From NCBI GenBank assembly GCA_963777155.1, contig CAVZPM010000009.1:64001-128000 (forward strand): a stretch of DNA of 64,000 nt, read 5' to 3'. Made by a program: the position numbers and the translations under genes. Source of the stretch: Candidatus Bathyarchaeota archaeon. Lineage in GTDB: Archaea; Thermoproteota; Bathyarchaeia; Bathyarchaeales; Bathycorpusculaceae. Under the pieces are notes generated by a model. The model was given only the letters and a program-made list of their open reading frames with translations. It searched no databases and was not told the origin of the DNA. Numbering within the stretch: the stretch's first letter is position 1; each line of letters starts with the position of its first letter. Shown piece after piece: positions 49,647 to 59,427 of the stretch.

Positions 49647-50522
49647 TCATACTTTCATGTTTTCTTCAAAACCCCTCAAAAAACTATCGATGTCCAACCC
49701 AATCTTTTCACCCACGTAACCACCTTCCAATACAAAAAATGCGGGTTTTTTAAGTTGGGCAACTCTTTTTCCAATCTCAAAATAATCCTTGTCAAGTAAG
49801 CCTAAGGTTGCTAAATCGCCCTGATGGGTATCGAAACCAGCGGAAACGGCAACTGCCTCAAACTTGGCTAAATCAACCATGCTTAACGCGGTGTCAAGCG
49901 TTTCTAGGTACTGTTTTCCACCCAAGTTACTTGGTAAAGTAAAGTTTATGCAGTTACCTTCAGTGAAGTTGCCTGTTCCAGGGTAATTAGGCGATTGATG
50001 AAGCGACACGTAAGAGACTTTTTCGTTTCCTTGAAAGATTTCTTGTGTACCGTTGCCGTGGTGTCCATCGATATCTAAGATTAATGTTCTTTTTCCTGAT
50101 TCCTTTACCGCTACTGCGATGTTGTTTAGGTAGCAGAAACCACGAGTTGAAGATCCTAACGCTGCACCAGATTTTCCTGCATGGTGTCCTGGTGGGCGCA
50201 TCAGGGAAAAACCGTTTATTTTGCTGGCTAATAGCGCTCCGCCTACTGAGAGTCTCGCAAACTCGTAGATGTTTTGGTACGCAGGGGTATCGGAATCCTC
50301 CGCTAACCCTTTCTTTACGTTAAAAACATAATCTGGGTCATGTACAGAAAAGATTTCTTCATCGTTTGCTGGTTTTGGCTCGACAAACACGTAACCCTTC
50401 GCTTTCAAAATGTCATGTGCAATTTTTACTCGTTGTGGGCCTTCAATGTGCCAGGTGCCGTAGCCTAAACATTTTTCTGAATAGACTATCTTTGTCTTCA
50501 TCGCTAACTGCATCCAGTACAC
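49647..50522 (-). CDS. histone deacetylase-family amidohydrolase (AcuC/AphA-like)
   Basis: RPPGHHA, GFCYLNN, LDIDGHHGNGTQ, SAGFD, LEGGY. Confidence 0.92.
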   Translation of the reverse strand: MYWMQLAMKTKIVYSEKCLGYGTWHIEGPQRVKIAHDILKAKGYVFVEPKPANDEEIFSVHDPDYVFNVKKGLAEDSDTPAYQNIYEFARLSVGGALLASKINGFSLMRPPGHHAGKSGAALGSSTRGFCYLNNIAVAVKESGKRTLILDIDGHHGNGTQEIFQGNEKVSYVSLHQSPNYPGTGNFTEGNCINFTLPSNLGGKQYLETLDTALSMVDLAKFEAVAVSAGFDTHQGDLATLGLLDKDYFEIGKRVAQLKKPAFFVLEGGYVGEKIGLDIDSFLRGFEENMKV

Positions 50523-50600
50523 ACATAAATACGGTTACACATTAAAAACATAACCCAGCCAAAGTAATCCTAGAAATGGATAATTGGAGAGAAAAAAACA

Positions 50601-52547
50601 GTGGTTTCACAGAATCCATTCGACCAATTCCGTCATGAATGTCAAGCTGCGTTAGCAAAAGCCCTAAACAAGGCACTGCGAGCAGAAAAGCCAACAATTA
50701 CATTAAACAAGACACCTAACATTGAATATGGCCAGTTAGCCTCTTCACTTTGTTTTGAGTTGGCAAAAAAAACTAAACAGAAACCTCTCGCTTTAGCCCA
50801 ACAACTTGTTGACGCCATAGACAAGTCGAGCTTTAACCTAATAGAGAAGGTTGCACCTGCAGGTGCAGGTTATATAAACTTCCACGTTGACTTTACCAAG
50901 TTTTCCAAGCTAACCCTAGAAGCGGTTAAGAATTTGGGTTCTGACTATGGTTTTGTCAAGGTTGATGAACCTAAAAAAATTATTGTTGAACACACCAGCG
51001 TTAACCCGCTACATCCCATACATATTGGTCAAGCCAGAAACCCTATGCTTGGGGATGCTTTAGCCCGGATTCTCCAGTGTCGAGGGCACACGGTTTCGCG
51101 TCACTACTACATCGACGATGTAGGTAGGCAATCCTCGGTTGTCGCATATGGTTACGCTAAACTAGGTAAACCGAAACCCACTGAGAAATCTGACCTTTTC
51201 GTGGGAAAAATCTACACTGTCACTAGTTGCCTTGTGGAGATCAATCGCCAAAAGAGAGCCCGCGAACTTGCAATCTCGGTCCAGTCAGCCGATGACTTGG
51301 CAAAAGCAAACAAGGAAATCGACGAATGGATGTCCATCGCAGTAGAGCTCAAAGAGAAGTATCCTGTGCTTTTTGAAGCTTTAACGGCGAAGATAGGCGA
51401 AGATGAGAACCCTGAAGAAGAAATCAACCGGTTAAACCGCGCTTACGAAGACGGCGAACCCAACGCAAAGCAACTCGTCCGCGAAGTCAGCGATCTGTGC
51501 CTTGAAGGTTTTAGAGAAACCATGAAGCGTGTTGGCGTGACCTATGATTCTTGGGATTGGGAAAGCGACTTTGTTTGGAGTACTCAGGTCAGCGAGGTTT
51601 TGGCGAAGCTTAAGGATTCACCGTTTGTCCACAATGAAAAGGGTGTTTTAGCGTTTGAGGCTGAGAAAGTCGTGGAAGCACTTGGCTTAAAATCAAAGTT
51701 GGGATTAAGCCAGAACAATGAGGTTCCACCGTTGACGCTTGGTCGAGCTGACGGCACAACCCTCTATACCACACGCGACATCGCTTACACATTATGGAAG
51801 TTCAAGTATGCGCAGAAAGTCATCAACGTGATCGGTATGGAGCAGTCGTTGGCGCAGTTGCAGCTCAAGATTGCTCTCTATGCAATGGGTTATGAAGAAA
51901 ATGCGACAAATCTGGTTCATTTTGCCTATAACTTAGTTACTTTGCCAGGCTATAAGATGAGTAGCAGAAGAGGACACTACATCACTTTTGACGAGGTTTT
52001 AACTGAAGCGGTTCAACGTGCATACGAAGAGGTTTCGAAGCGTTCTCCACTTCTCTGCGAAGAGGAGAAACGCAAAATCGCCGATTTTGTTGGTTTGGGC
52101 GCTGTTCGGTATGCACTCGTTGATGTGGATTCCTCCAAACCCGTGATGTTCACTTGGGAACGCGTGCTTAACTTCGAAACCAACAGTGCGCCATACGTTC
52201 AGTACACTCACGCCAGAGCTTGTAGCATCCTGCGTAAAGCGGCACGTGAACCAGAAAACCCTGACTTTGGACTACTTACCGAAAAACTCGAGCGGGAACT
52301 CATCTTGAGCCTTGCAGGTTTCCCTGAAATGTTCATCGAAGCCACAGAATACCTAAAACCCAACATGATAGCCGACTACACAAATGTGCTCGCTGACAAA
52401 TTCAACACCTTCTACAACGCTTACCCCGTGATAAAGGCTGATTCGCAAGAGCTCAGTGATGCACGCATAGCCTTGACGCAAGCTATAAAAACCGTGATGC
52501 ATAACGCATTGAACTTGATTGGTGTGGTTGCCCCCGAAAAAATGTAG
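50601..52547 (+). CDS. argS: arginine--tRNA ligase
   Basis: EHTSVNPLHPIHIGQ (HIGH), KMSSRRG, PYVQYTHARACSIL, C-terminal ...EKM. Confidence 0.97.
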   Translation: MVSQNPFDQFRHECQAALAKALNKALRAEKPTITLNKTPNIEYGQLASSLCFELAKKTKQKPLALAQQLVDAIDKSSFNLIEKVAPAGAGYINFHVDFTKFSKLTLEAVKNLGSDYGFVKVDEPKKIIVEHTSVNPLHPIHIGQARNPMLGDALARILQCRGHTVSRHYYIDDVGRQSSVVAYGYAKLGKPKPTEKSDLFVGKIYTVTSCLVEINRQKRARELAISVQSADDLAKANKEIDEWMSIAVELKEKYPVLFEALTAKIGEDENPEEEINRLNRAYEDGEPNAKQLVREVSDLCLEGFRETMKRVGVTYDSWDWESDFVWSTQVSEVLAKLKDSPFVHNEKGVLAFEAEKVVEALGLKSKLGLSQNNEVPPLTLGRADGTTLYTTRDIAYTLWKFKYAQKVINVIGMEQSLAQLQLKIALYAMGYEENATNLVHFAYNLVTLPGYKMSSRRGHYITFDEVLTEAVQRAYEEVSKRSPLLCEEEKRKIADFVGLGAVRYALVDVDSSKPVMFTWERVLNFETNSAPYVQYTHARACSILRKAAREPENPDFGLLTEKLERELILSLAGFPEMFIEATEYLKPNMIADYTNVLADKFNTFYNAYPVIKADSQELSDARIALTQAIKTVMHNALNLIGVVAPEKM

Positions 52548-52723
52548 ACCTGACTCTCTTACATTCCCCTTTAACGTAAACAAAATTCTAAATATTGACG
52601 GTGTTTAGGTTAATTAGAGCCATAAAACAATACGTTCGTGGTATGTTTGCCGTAACATTCAAGAACAACCGTGTTTCCCTTTGATATAATTTTTCCACAA
52701 AGAAGAAGAAAACAGGAGCTTGG

Positions 52724-53413
52724 ATGATGGGGGCAAAAGCTACACACTGCTGGATAATATGCAAAAAAGTATTTAGCGTAACCCTAGTCTTCAACGCGCT
52801 TGTATCAATAGGCTGCGCAGCAGGAATCCTGTCAGGCTATTATTGGCGCTATCAGAATTGGCAGCCATTTGCACCCTACCTTGCAAGCGCTAGCCTCTTT
52901 TGGGTACTAATCGCCACTGCAGTCATCAACATATTTCCTAGCGCTGGACTTGGACGCTCCCTGCACACCGGCAGACTATTCTTTCACCACTACTTCTACG
53001 GCTTTCTGGTTTTAATTTTTTCATCAATCTATATCGTATTTTTTACACCTGTGTCTTTGCTAAACATCTTTTTTGTGAACAACACTAGTATCCAAGTTAA
53101 TGTTGGGAGAGTTTTCCTGCTAGGTGGCTTAGCTTTGGTTTTAGATGACCTGCCCGATGTGCATGGGAAAATTGAATCTTCCTTAAACTGGCTAAAAACA
53201 AAAGCAGGTCAGGGTGGAAAAGTCATCTCTGCAGTTCATATAATAACTGGGGCATTTACGTTCTATATTTTTGTCGCAATGACTTTGGCTATGATAGAAA
53301 ACGCATCTTATGTCACGGTGGCTAATTTGGTTGTACTTGTTTCCGCCTTCATTACGGGCTTTACCTCGTTTATTTTTATTAAAAGAAGTGTTTGGCTAAA
53401 AATCAAGGTCTAA
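52724..53413 (+). CDS. hypothetical membrane protein
   Basis: about 6 hydrophobic segments; LFFHHYFYG and GGLALVLDDLPD motifs suggest metal binding. Confidence 0.7.
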   Translation: MMGAKATHCWIICKKVFSVTLVFNALVSIGCAAGILSGYYWRYQNWQPFAPYLASASLFWVLIATAVINIFPSAGLGRSLHTGRLFFHHYFYGFLVLIFSSIYIVFFTPVSLLNIFFVNNTSIQVNVGRVFLLGGLALVLDDLPDVHGKIESSLNWLKTKAGQGGKVISAVHIITGAFTFYIFVAMTLAMIENASYVTVANLVVLVSAFITGFTSFIFIKRSVWLKIKV

Positions 53414-53503
53414 AAACCAACCAGCACAACACTTGTTAGACTTTCCAGCAACAACAAATTTCATATACAAGCCCAATAATCTAAAAGCGAGGCGTGCATC
53501 CTG

Positions 53504-54580
53504 ATGAGTAATGATTCATATTTCAGTAAGAAGCTTGAACCAATCAAAGTTACCAAACAAAAACCAATCTCACAACTTCTAAAAGAAATGGGCAAGACCG
53601 CCTATCAAGGGCGCAAACTGGGCGAAGCAGTTGATGTTTGGGAGAACATGATCAATTCAAAAGACACCGTTATCGCTATGGGCTTTGCAGGTTCAATGAG
53701 TACTGCGGGGCAATGGACAATAATTAATTGGCTTATGGAAAATCGTTTCATTGACGTTTTGGTTTCTACTGGCGCAAACGTCAGCGAAGACATCGTGGAC
53801 GCCATGGGACTCGGCTACTATCAGGGTAGCCACATGGTCGATGACTCTCAACTGCTCCATGACGACGTCAACCGGTACTACGACGTCTATGGCAAAGAAA
53901 CCGATTACCGTAAAATGGAAGATGTCGTCACAGATTACGTTATGACTTGTAAAGAAGACTTCATGTACACTTCAGCAGAATTCCTATATGGATTGGGCAA
54001 GTACCTTGGCAAGAAAAAAATCCCTGCCATATCTGCAGTTGCTGCAGCCAACGGCGTCCCAATCTTTAGCCCAGCCATGGTTGATAGTGCATACGGCGAA
54101 ACCTTCCTCCTCGCAAAGAACAAAGGTCACAACGTCCACATCGACAGCGTAAAAGAATTTGACCAATTTGTAAGCATAGGAACCAAAACTAAGGAAGTCG
54201 GCGTCGTCTACATCGGTGGCGGCGTTCCCAAAGATCTAACGCAGCTCATCGCCATATCTGTTTCACCCATGACCGAAGACCAGGGCGTTAAGGGCAGAAA
54301 AGGCGGTTTGCGCAAGAGCCTACAAGAATACTACTACCCCCACAAATACGCCATTCAAATCACCACAGATTCACCCCAATGGGGCGGTTTAAGTGGTTGC
54401 ACTTTGGAAGAAGCGATTAGCTGGGGTAAAATCAATAGCCAAACTGGTTCACGCGCGGTCTGCTACTGTGATGCGACAATTGCGTTGCCACTCATTTGCC
54501 ACGCGTTGGCTGAGCGTGTTCCAGAAAAACGGAAAGGTCCAGACATGAGCTGGATCTTCAAAGATGTGCCAAAGGCATAA
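53504..54580 (+). CDS. deoxyhypusine synthase-like protein (homospermidine-synthesis/SpeY-like branch)
   Basis: VSTGAN, GGGVPKD, QITTDSPQWGGLSGCTLEEAISWGK. Confidence 0.88.
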   Translation: MSNDSYFSKKLEPIKVTKQKPISQLLKEMGKTAYQGRKLGEAVDVWENMINSKDTVIAMGFAGSMSTAGQWTIINWLMENRFIDVLVSTGANVSEDIVDAMGLGYYQGSHMVDDSQLLHDDVNRYYDVYGKETDYRKMEDVVTDYVMTCKEDFMYTSAEFLYGLGKYLGKKKIPAISAVAAANGVPIFSPAMVDSAYGETFLLAKNKGHNVHIDSVKEFDQFVSIGTKTKEVGVVYIGGGVPKDLTQLIAISVSPMTEDQGVKGRKGGLRKSLQEYYYPHKYAIQITTDSPQWGGLSGCTLEEAISWGKINSQTGSRAVCYCDATIALPLICHALAERVPEKRKGPDMSWIFKDVPKA

Positions 54581-54595
54581 AAAAAGAATTATTTT

Positions 54596-55567
54596 TTATT
54601 TTTTCTTCTTTTTGCTTAATCTATCAATTAATGCGCTTGTCATTACAGGCATAACCATTGTGGCGTCGCCTTCAATCATTATGCGTCTGGCTTTTTCGTT
54701 GATTTTTCCCCAGGAGACCGCTTCGCGTGGTCTGGCGCCGCTAAGGCTTCCGTCCCACTCATCTGCGGTGCTGATGTAGACGACGTAGTCTAAGCCATCT
54801 TTGAATTGGTTCCACCAAATCACATGATGCTTGCTGATACCTCCTCCAACGATAAGGGCCCCCGTTTGCTTGGCATCAAAAACTATGTTGTTTAAGTCAT
54901 CTTCGTCCTTTAGCAGGTTAACTCTGAAATCTTTGTGGTCTTGGCTAAAGAACCAAAGTTGGTAGCCTACTGAACCATCGGTTATGCCTGGAACGAAAAC
55001 GGGGATGTTGTTTTTGGCTGCCCAATAAAGAATTGAGCTCTCGTTGCAACAGCGTAGGCCGATTTCTCTGCATAATTCAGTGGTTGAGAGTTCTTTTTTG
55101 CCCTCTTTGTACAGTTCCTCAAGCATGCCTATTATTTTCTTCTCAATAATGATGCCATAACTGTCGTTTGGCACCAGTACGTTGCCGAGGCGGTTTACGC
55201 CTTCCTGATGTAGCTTGGAATCGTTCATTATGAAGCTGCCTTTGTAATAGTCTTTCCAGCAGCGAGCAACATCATGGTCAAGTGTGCCGCAAGTTGTGAT
55301 AACGAGGTCGACAAGTTTGCGTTTTACAAGTTCTCGTATTACTCCCCGTGTGCCTGTTGCAACGATGTCAGCGGTGAACGAGAGGAATTTGACGCAGCCT
55401 TTAGCGTTTATCATCTCTTCCATTATGCTAACGCCGGTGGCAAGCTTGCCCGCAGTAAAACCCCATGCGTCGTCCATTTGTTTGACAAGCTCGTCAACGG
55501 ACATTTTTTCGGTAAACTGGTAATCTTTAACTGGAATTTTATGTGAAACCTTAGGCATAACCAACAA
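54596..55567 (-). CDS. dys: deoxyhypusine synthase (canonical archaeal type)
   Basis: LSFTADIVATG, NRLGN, PGITDGSVG, GGGISKHH, DGSLSGARPREAVSWGK. Confidence 0.93.
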   Translation of the reverse strand: MLVMPKVSHKIPVKDYQFTEKMSVDELVKQMDDAWGFTAGKLATGVSIMEEMINAKGCVKFLSFTADIVATGTRGVIRELVKRKLVDLVITTCGTLDHDVARCWKDYYKGSFIMNDSKLHQEGVNRLGNVLVPNDSYGIIIEKKIIGMLEELYKEGKKELSTTELCREIGLRCCNESSILYWAAKNNIPVFVPGITDGSVGYQLWFFSQDHKDFRVNLLKDEDDLNNIVFDAKQTGALIVGGGISKHHVIWWNQFKDGLDYVVYISTADEWDGSLSGARPREAVSWGKINEKARRIMIEGDATMVMPVMTSALIDRLSKKKKK

Positions 55568-55624
55568 CTCCTGTTCACTGGGATAAAATGTGTGTTAAAA
55601 TAAATACGTGTCGAAATCTAAGGG

Positions 55625-56515
55625 CTATTCTGACAGGTAGCTGATGATTCTTTGGTAAATGTCGCCGTCGGATGAGTCTTCGTAACCCGCGTAGATGCTT
55701 GGGTTATCGTTAACTTCCACGACCACGTATTGACCGTCAACTTCTTTTATGTCCACGCCATACAGGCCTTTGCCAACTACGCTGCAGGCTTTCAAAGCAA
55801 CTTCTCTAAGGCGCGCTGGCATCTCTTGTTTATGCAGGCTCACTGTTCTTCCCCAAATCACCGTTGGTTTACCCCGCAGCTTGGCGCCGTGCTTCCATTT
55901 GCCCTTAGGAATCATGTATTTGCAGACATACAACACATCGTTGTTTAGGACACCGACTCTCCAATCAAACGCTGTTGGCGTAAACTTTTGGATGGCCAAA
56001 ACATCAGATTTCTTAAAGAACCGTTTCGCAACGTCACGGAAGCTTGTTTCGCAAGCAGCTTTCTCAACGTAACGGGAGAAGCTAGTGTATGGAGCCTTTA
56101 TGACAACTGGTTTTCCAAGATCTTCAAAGATATCGTTGATTTTTTTGTGGTGCAGCTCATCCTTATTTAGGAACACCGTAGGGATGTGTGGAACATTGTA
56201 TTTTTCAAAGAGTGCGTATTGGTGGATTTTGTTGCCGCATACCGTGATGGATTCTGGGTCGTCGATGACTTTCATTCCTAGCTCCCATGCGGTTTTGGAA
56301 ACCACATACGCCGTGTTTAGAGGGTCTGTTGTTGCCCTAATGAAGACGGAATCGTATTTTGGCACATCAGAAATGTTTTCACGGAATAGGAAACTGAATT
56401 GGTTGCCTGATTCCTCGGCGGCTAACTTGAAATTGGCGAGCGCCCCTTCCTCACGAGGATCAGTAAAATTATATTTTTCAACAAAACAAGCGATCTTAGA
56501 CACCGAAGGGTACAC
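55625..56515 (-). CDS. RimK-family ATP-grasp amide ligase
   Basis: VIDDPESI..CGNK, PVVIKAP..SFS, QKFTPTAFDWRVGVL, YGVDIKE, EVNDNPSI. Confidence 0.92.
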   Translation of the reverse strand: MYPSVSKIACFVEKYNFTDPREEGALANFKLAAEESGNQFSFLFRENISDVPKYDSVFIRATTDPLNTAYVVSKTAWELGMKVIDDPESITVCGNKIHQYALFEKYNVPHIPTVFLNKDELHHKKINDIFEDLGKPVVIKAPYTSFSRYVEKAACETSFRDVAKRFFKKSDVLAIQKFTPTAFDWRVGVLNNDVLYVCKYMIPKGKWKHGAKLRGKPTVIWGRTVSLHKQEMPARLREVALKACSVVGKGLYGVDIKEVDGQYVVVEVNDNPSIYAGYEDSSDGDIYQRIISYLSE

Positions 56516-57197
56516 CCTGCTCAGAAATGAGCAAAACCTCTTTGGATATTGTTTGCAAGTCCTCTCTGGAGAGCTCCTCTTTCTCTACGGGTTGCAGTCC
56601 ACACAAATAAGCTTTATCTACATTTTTTTGTATGTGAAGTTTGCAAACTGGGATTTTGAAAGTATCATACACCTTTTTTGCGATTGCTTCTATCCCTGGC
56701 TCAGCGCTGGCAACCTTGCCGAAAAAGCTTTTAACAGTTAACAATTCACCTTTGAGTGGTTGAGCGCAAACAGCGAATTTATAATTCATGCCCAAGCTTT
56801 TCATAGCGCGATATAACGCGCTTTTATTCTGGGCAATTTTAAAGCCATCATAAATGAATGGGTTAACCGCGAATAAGATTACTGGAAGGCCAAGCTCTGT
56901 TATGATTTTTTTGACTGAATCGGTGACGAGGCTGGGTAAGGTTGGAACTCCCGCTTTTGCTGCACGGAGCAGAAGCAGCGGGGTTCGGCTTGAATCAATG
57001 ATATTTTCGCACGATGGAATAACACGGTTGCCTAAAACCTCCGCATGCATAGAAACATAATAGCCTGCTTTCATGTAGCGATATTCATTGCTGATGTTGA
57101 GTGTTGGTTCTTTGATCTTGGATTCTAAAAACAACGCGGGCTTCATTACTTGAAGATTAGCTGTTAGGTCGATGTTTGAGACGACCAACACGTTCAT
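56496..57197 (-). CDS. RimK-like ATP-grasp N-terminal (RLAN) domain protein with degenerate grasp-like C-terminal part
   Basis: NISNEYRYMKAGYYVSMHAEVLGNRVIPS matches the RLAN signature; overlaps the ATP-grasp start. Confidence 0.82.
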   Translation of the reverse strand: MNVLVVSNIDLTANLQVMKPALFLESKIKEPTLNISNEYRYMKAGYYVSMHAEVLGNRVIPSCENIIDSSRTPLLLLRAAKAGVPTLPSLVTDSVKKIITELGLPVILFAVNPFIYDGFKIAQNKSALYRAMKSLGMNYKFAVCAQPLKGELLTVKSFFGKVASAEPGIEAIAKKVYDTFKIPVCKLHIQKNVDKAYLCGLQPVEKEELSREDLQTISKEVLLISEQGVPFGV

Positions 57198-57211
57198 GAG
57201 ACACCAGGTAA

Positions 57212-58492
57212 TTGAGAGGCGTTATTCGTGCAGTTATATTTAAAATTAACTATGCACTAAACACACATCGCAAGTCAGAGATAAACAGAAAAGAGGCAAA
57301 AGTAACGTACAAACCACTCGAAGTCCTTGGACCAGAACATGAATTCTCACTGGTAGACAAAAACCTGAATATTCTACCAGTCGCTGATAAAATCATCAAA
57401 GAATACTGCGGACGAATAGTCAACTTCATTGAATTGCCCAATTTCACTTTTGGAAAAGAAATGCAACTGCACGTGATGGAGATAAAGACTAATCAACCAT
57501 TCAAGTCGCCTGGTGAATTTGAGGAAACTATACATGCTGCGGTCATTTCTCTCAGCGGAATTGTTGAAAAGTATGGCGCCAGCCTTCTTGGTACAGGAAT
57601 GCACCCCCTGATGGGCCTCAAAGATACCGCCGTGTGGCCTCACTACCACAGAAAAATCTACCATGAGTACAGCAAAATCTTCAACCTAAACCAACATGGT
57701 TGGCTAAACATACAAAGCTTCCACCTGAACTTGCCCTATCAAAAGGAAGCCGACGCCATCCAGATCCACAACCAACTCGCCAACCTATGTGCTTATCTGC
57801 CTGCTATATCCGCTTCCTCACCAATATTCGAAGGCAAAAACGGTCCCGACCGAGACAACCGCCTGCAATTTTACAAGGTAAACCAGAAAGAAGTGTCCTC
57901 AGTAACGGGAAATGTTATTCCAGAATATACATCATCACTTAGCGCGTACAAACGAGATGTGATCGAACAGTACTCCATGGATTTAGCGAAGGCGGGTGCA
58001 GACAAAACGTTGCTACATCGGGAATGGGTTAACTCCCGAGGCGTGATCTTCAGGTTTGACCGCCATGCCCTCGAGGTCAGGGTGATGGATGAGCAGGAGT
58101 GTATAAAGTCGGATGTGGCGCTGGCATGTTTCGTGCGGGCTGCCCTGCGAGGCTTAATCGCATCTAACGCTAAGCTTTTACCCCATGACGTTTTAGTAAA
58201 AGACTTCAATTCAGTAATTGCAGATGGTTTAGACGCTAAAGTCTCAAATCCGAACGGGAAAACTGCACGGCAAGTATGCCAAAACTACCTTAACTTAGCC
58301 AAGGAGAACGCTATTGAGGACGAGAAAAAGTATTTGTGGCTCATCAAACGTCGAATTGACGAAGGTTGCCTCTCGGAGCTCATACGTGCAAGGATCTTGC
58401 GGCGCGCGGAAAAAACCGATTTCCATCAGGCAATAATCGATGTCTATTCAACGCTTATTAAGTGCCTTCAGGATAATCAACCCTACTTCTAG
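57212..58492 (+). CDS. glutamate--cysteine ligase family 2 (GCS2) carboxylate-amine ligase
   Basis: LGPEHEF, QLHVMEIKT, GMHP, QSFHLN, SASSP..EG, VNSRG.IFRF.R.ALEVRVMD; true start uncertain. Confidence 0.9.
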   Translation: MRGVIRAVIFKINYALNTHRKSEINRKEAKVTYKPLEVLGPEHEFSLVDKNLNILPVADKIIKEYCGRIVNFIELPNFTFGKEMQLHVMEIKTNQPFKSPGEFEETIHAAVISLSGIVEKYGASLLGTGMHPLMGLKDTAVWPHYHRKIYHEYSKIFNLNQHGWLNIQSFHLNLPYQKEADAIQIHNQLANLCAYLPAISASSPIFEGKNGPDRDNRLQFYKVNQKEVSSVTGNVIPEYTSSLSAYKRDVIEQYSMDLAKAGADKTLLHREWVNSRGVIFRFDRHALEVRVMDEQECIKSDVALACFVRAALRGLIASNAKLLPHDVLVKDFNSVIADGLDAKVSNPNGKTARQVCQNYLNLAKENAIEDEKKYLWLIKRRIDEGCLSELIRARILRRAEKTDFHQAIIDVYSTLIKCLQDNQPYF

Positions 58493-58500
58493 GTGCCCTA

Positions 58501-59043
58501 ATGCCCGAAGACAACAACGGAACAACCTACTCATTTGACGTATGTAGCCAATGCAAAAGCATCTGTTGTCAAGACGCCAAACCACCATTGAGCGAAAAAC
58601 GGATAAAAATCCTCCAGGAATACCTAATAAAACAAAAAATAAGCATCACCGAACCATTTGCTAAAAACGATTACTCTTACCCAGCTGTCGATGAAGATAT
58701 TTACTGCAGATTATTCAGCAGGCAAACGGGTAAATGTATGGTTCATCCTGTGAAGCCTGAAACTTGTGTAAGTGGACCCATTACTTTCGATATTAACTTT
58801 AGAACAAAAAAGGTTGAATGGTTCTTGAAGACCTCTACACTCTGCGCTTACGCAGGAGACCTCTACAAAAACAAGGCTGGTTTTAAAGAGCATTTTGAAG
58901 TGGCTAAAGAACAAATTACCGCTCTAATTAAACAGTTAAGTGCCGACGAGTTGAGGGCAATTGTCAAAATCGATGAGCCCCAAACCTTCAAGGTAGGCGA
59001 AGATGATTTGCCCACTGAAGTGGTTAAAAAACTCGGCTTATAG
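58501..59043 (+). CDS. YkgJ-family (CxxCxxCC) cysteine-cluster protein
   Basis: CSQCKSICC ... YCRLF....GKCMVHPVKPETCVSGP. Confidence 0.88.
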   Translation: MPEDNNGTTYSFDVCSQCKSICCQDAKPPLSEKRIKILQEYLIKQKISITEPFAKNDYSYPAVDEDIYCRLFSRQTGKCMVHPVKPETCVSGPITFDINFRTKKVEWFLKTSTLCAYAGDLYKNKAGFKEHFEVAKEQITALIKQLSADELRAIVKIDEPQTFKVGEDDLPTEVVKKLGL

Positions 59044-59403
59044 AAAACCTGCATCCCTTAATTTGAGTGCGACACCTATATTGCCTTTGAACTGAACTCT
59101 TCCTGTGAAGAAGGCTTTTTCAGCACTCAACCTTCCGTTAACCATATCTAAGAAGTCATTCTCGTTCATCTTTAAAGTAACCGTTGGCGACGGATGGGTT
59201 CCTTCAGTCACCTGAAGCTTTAGATCTTTTATGGTCACTATCCAGTTGCCTCCCTCTGGTCCAGTTACATTTATCTGTGCTACGACATCGATGCCTGAAG
59301 CTTTTTCGGGTTTAAACCGCGCGGGCAGCGCTTTTTCGAAGAACTCTAAAGGGGTATTTGTCTCCATCATTTCAACCCATTGATTTTCAGCTATTTTACG
59401 CAT
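59038..59403 (-). CDS. SCP2 sterol/lipid-binding domain protein
   Basis: GPEGGNW, PTVTLKM...DF, AFFTGRVQFKGN...ALKL. Confidence 0.88.
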   Translation of the reverse strand: MRKIAENQWVEMMETNTPLEFFEKALPARFKPEKASGIDVVAQINVTGPEGGNWIVTIKDLKLQVTEGTHPSPTVTLKMNENDFLDMVNGRLSAEKAFFTGRVQFKGNIGVALKLRDAGFL

Positions 59404-59427
59404 TTAGGTTATTGAAGCTTTGGTAAA

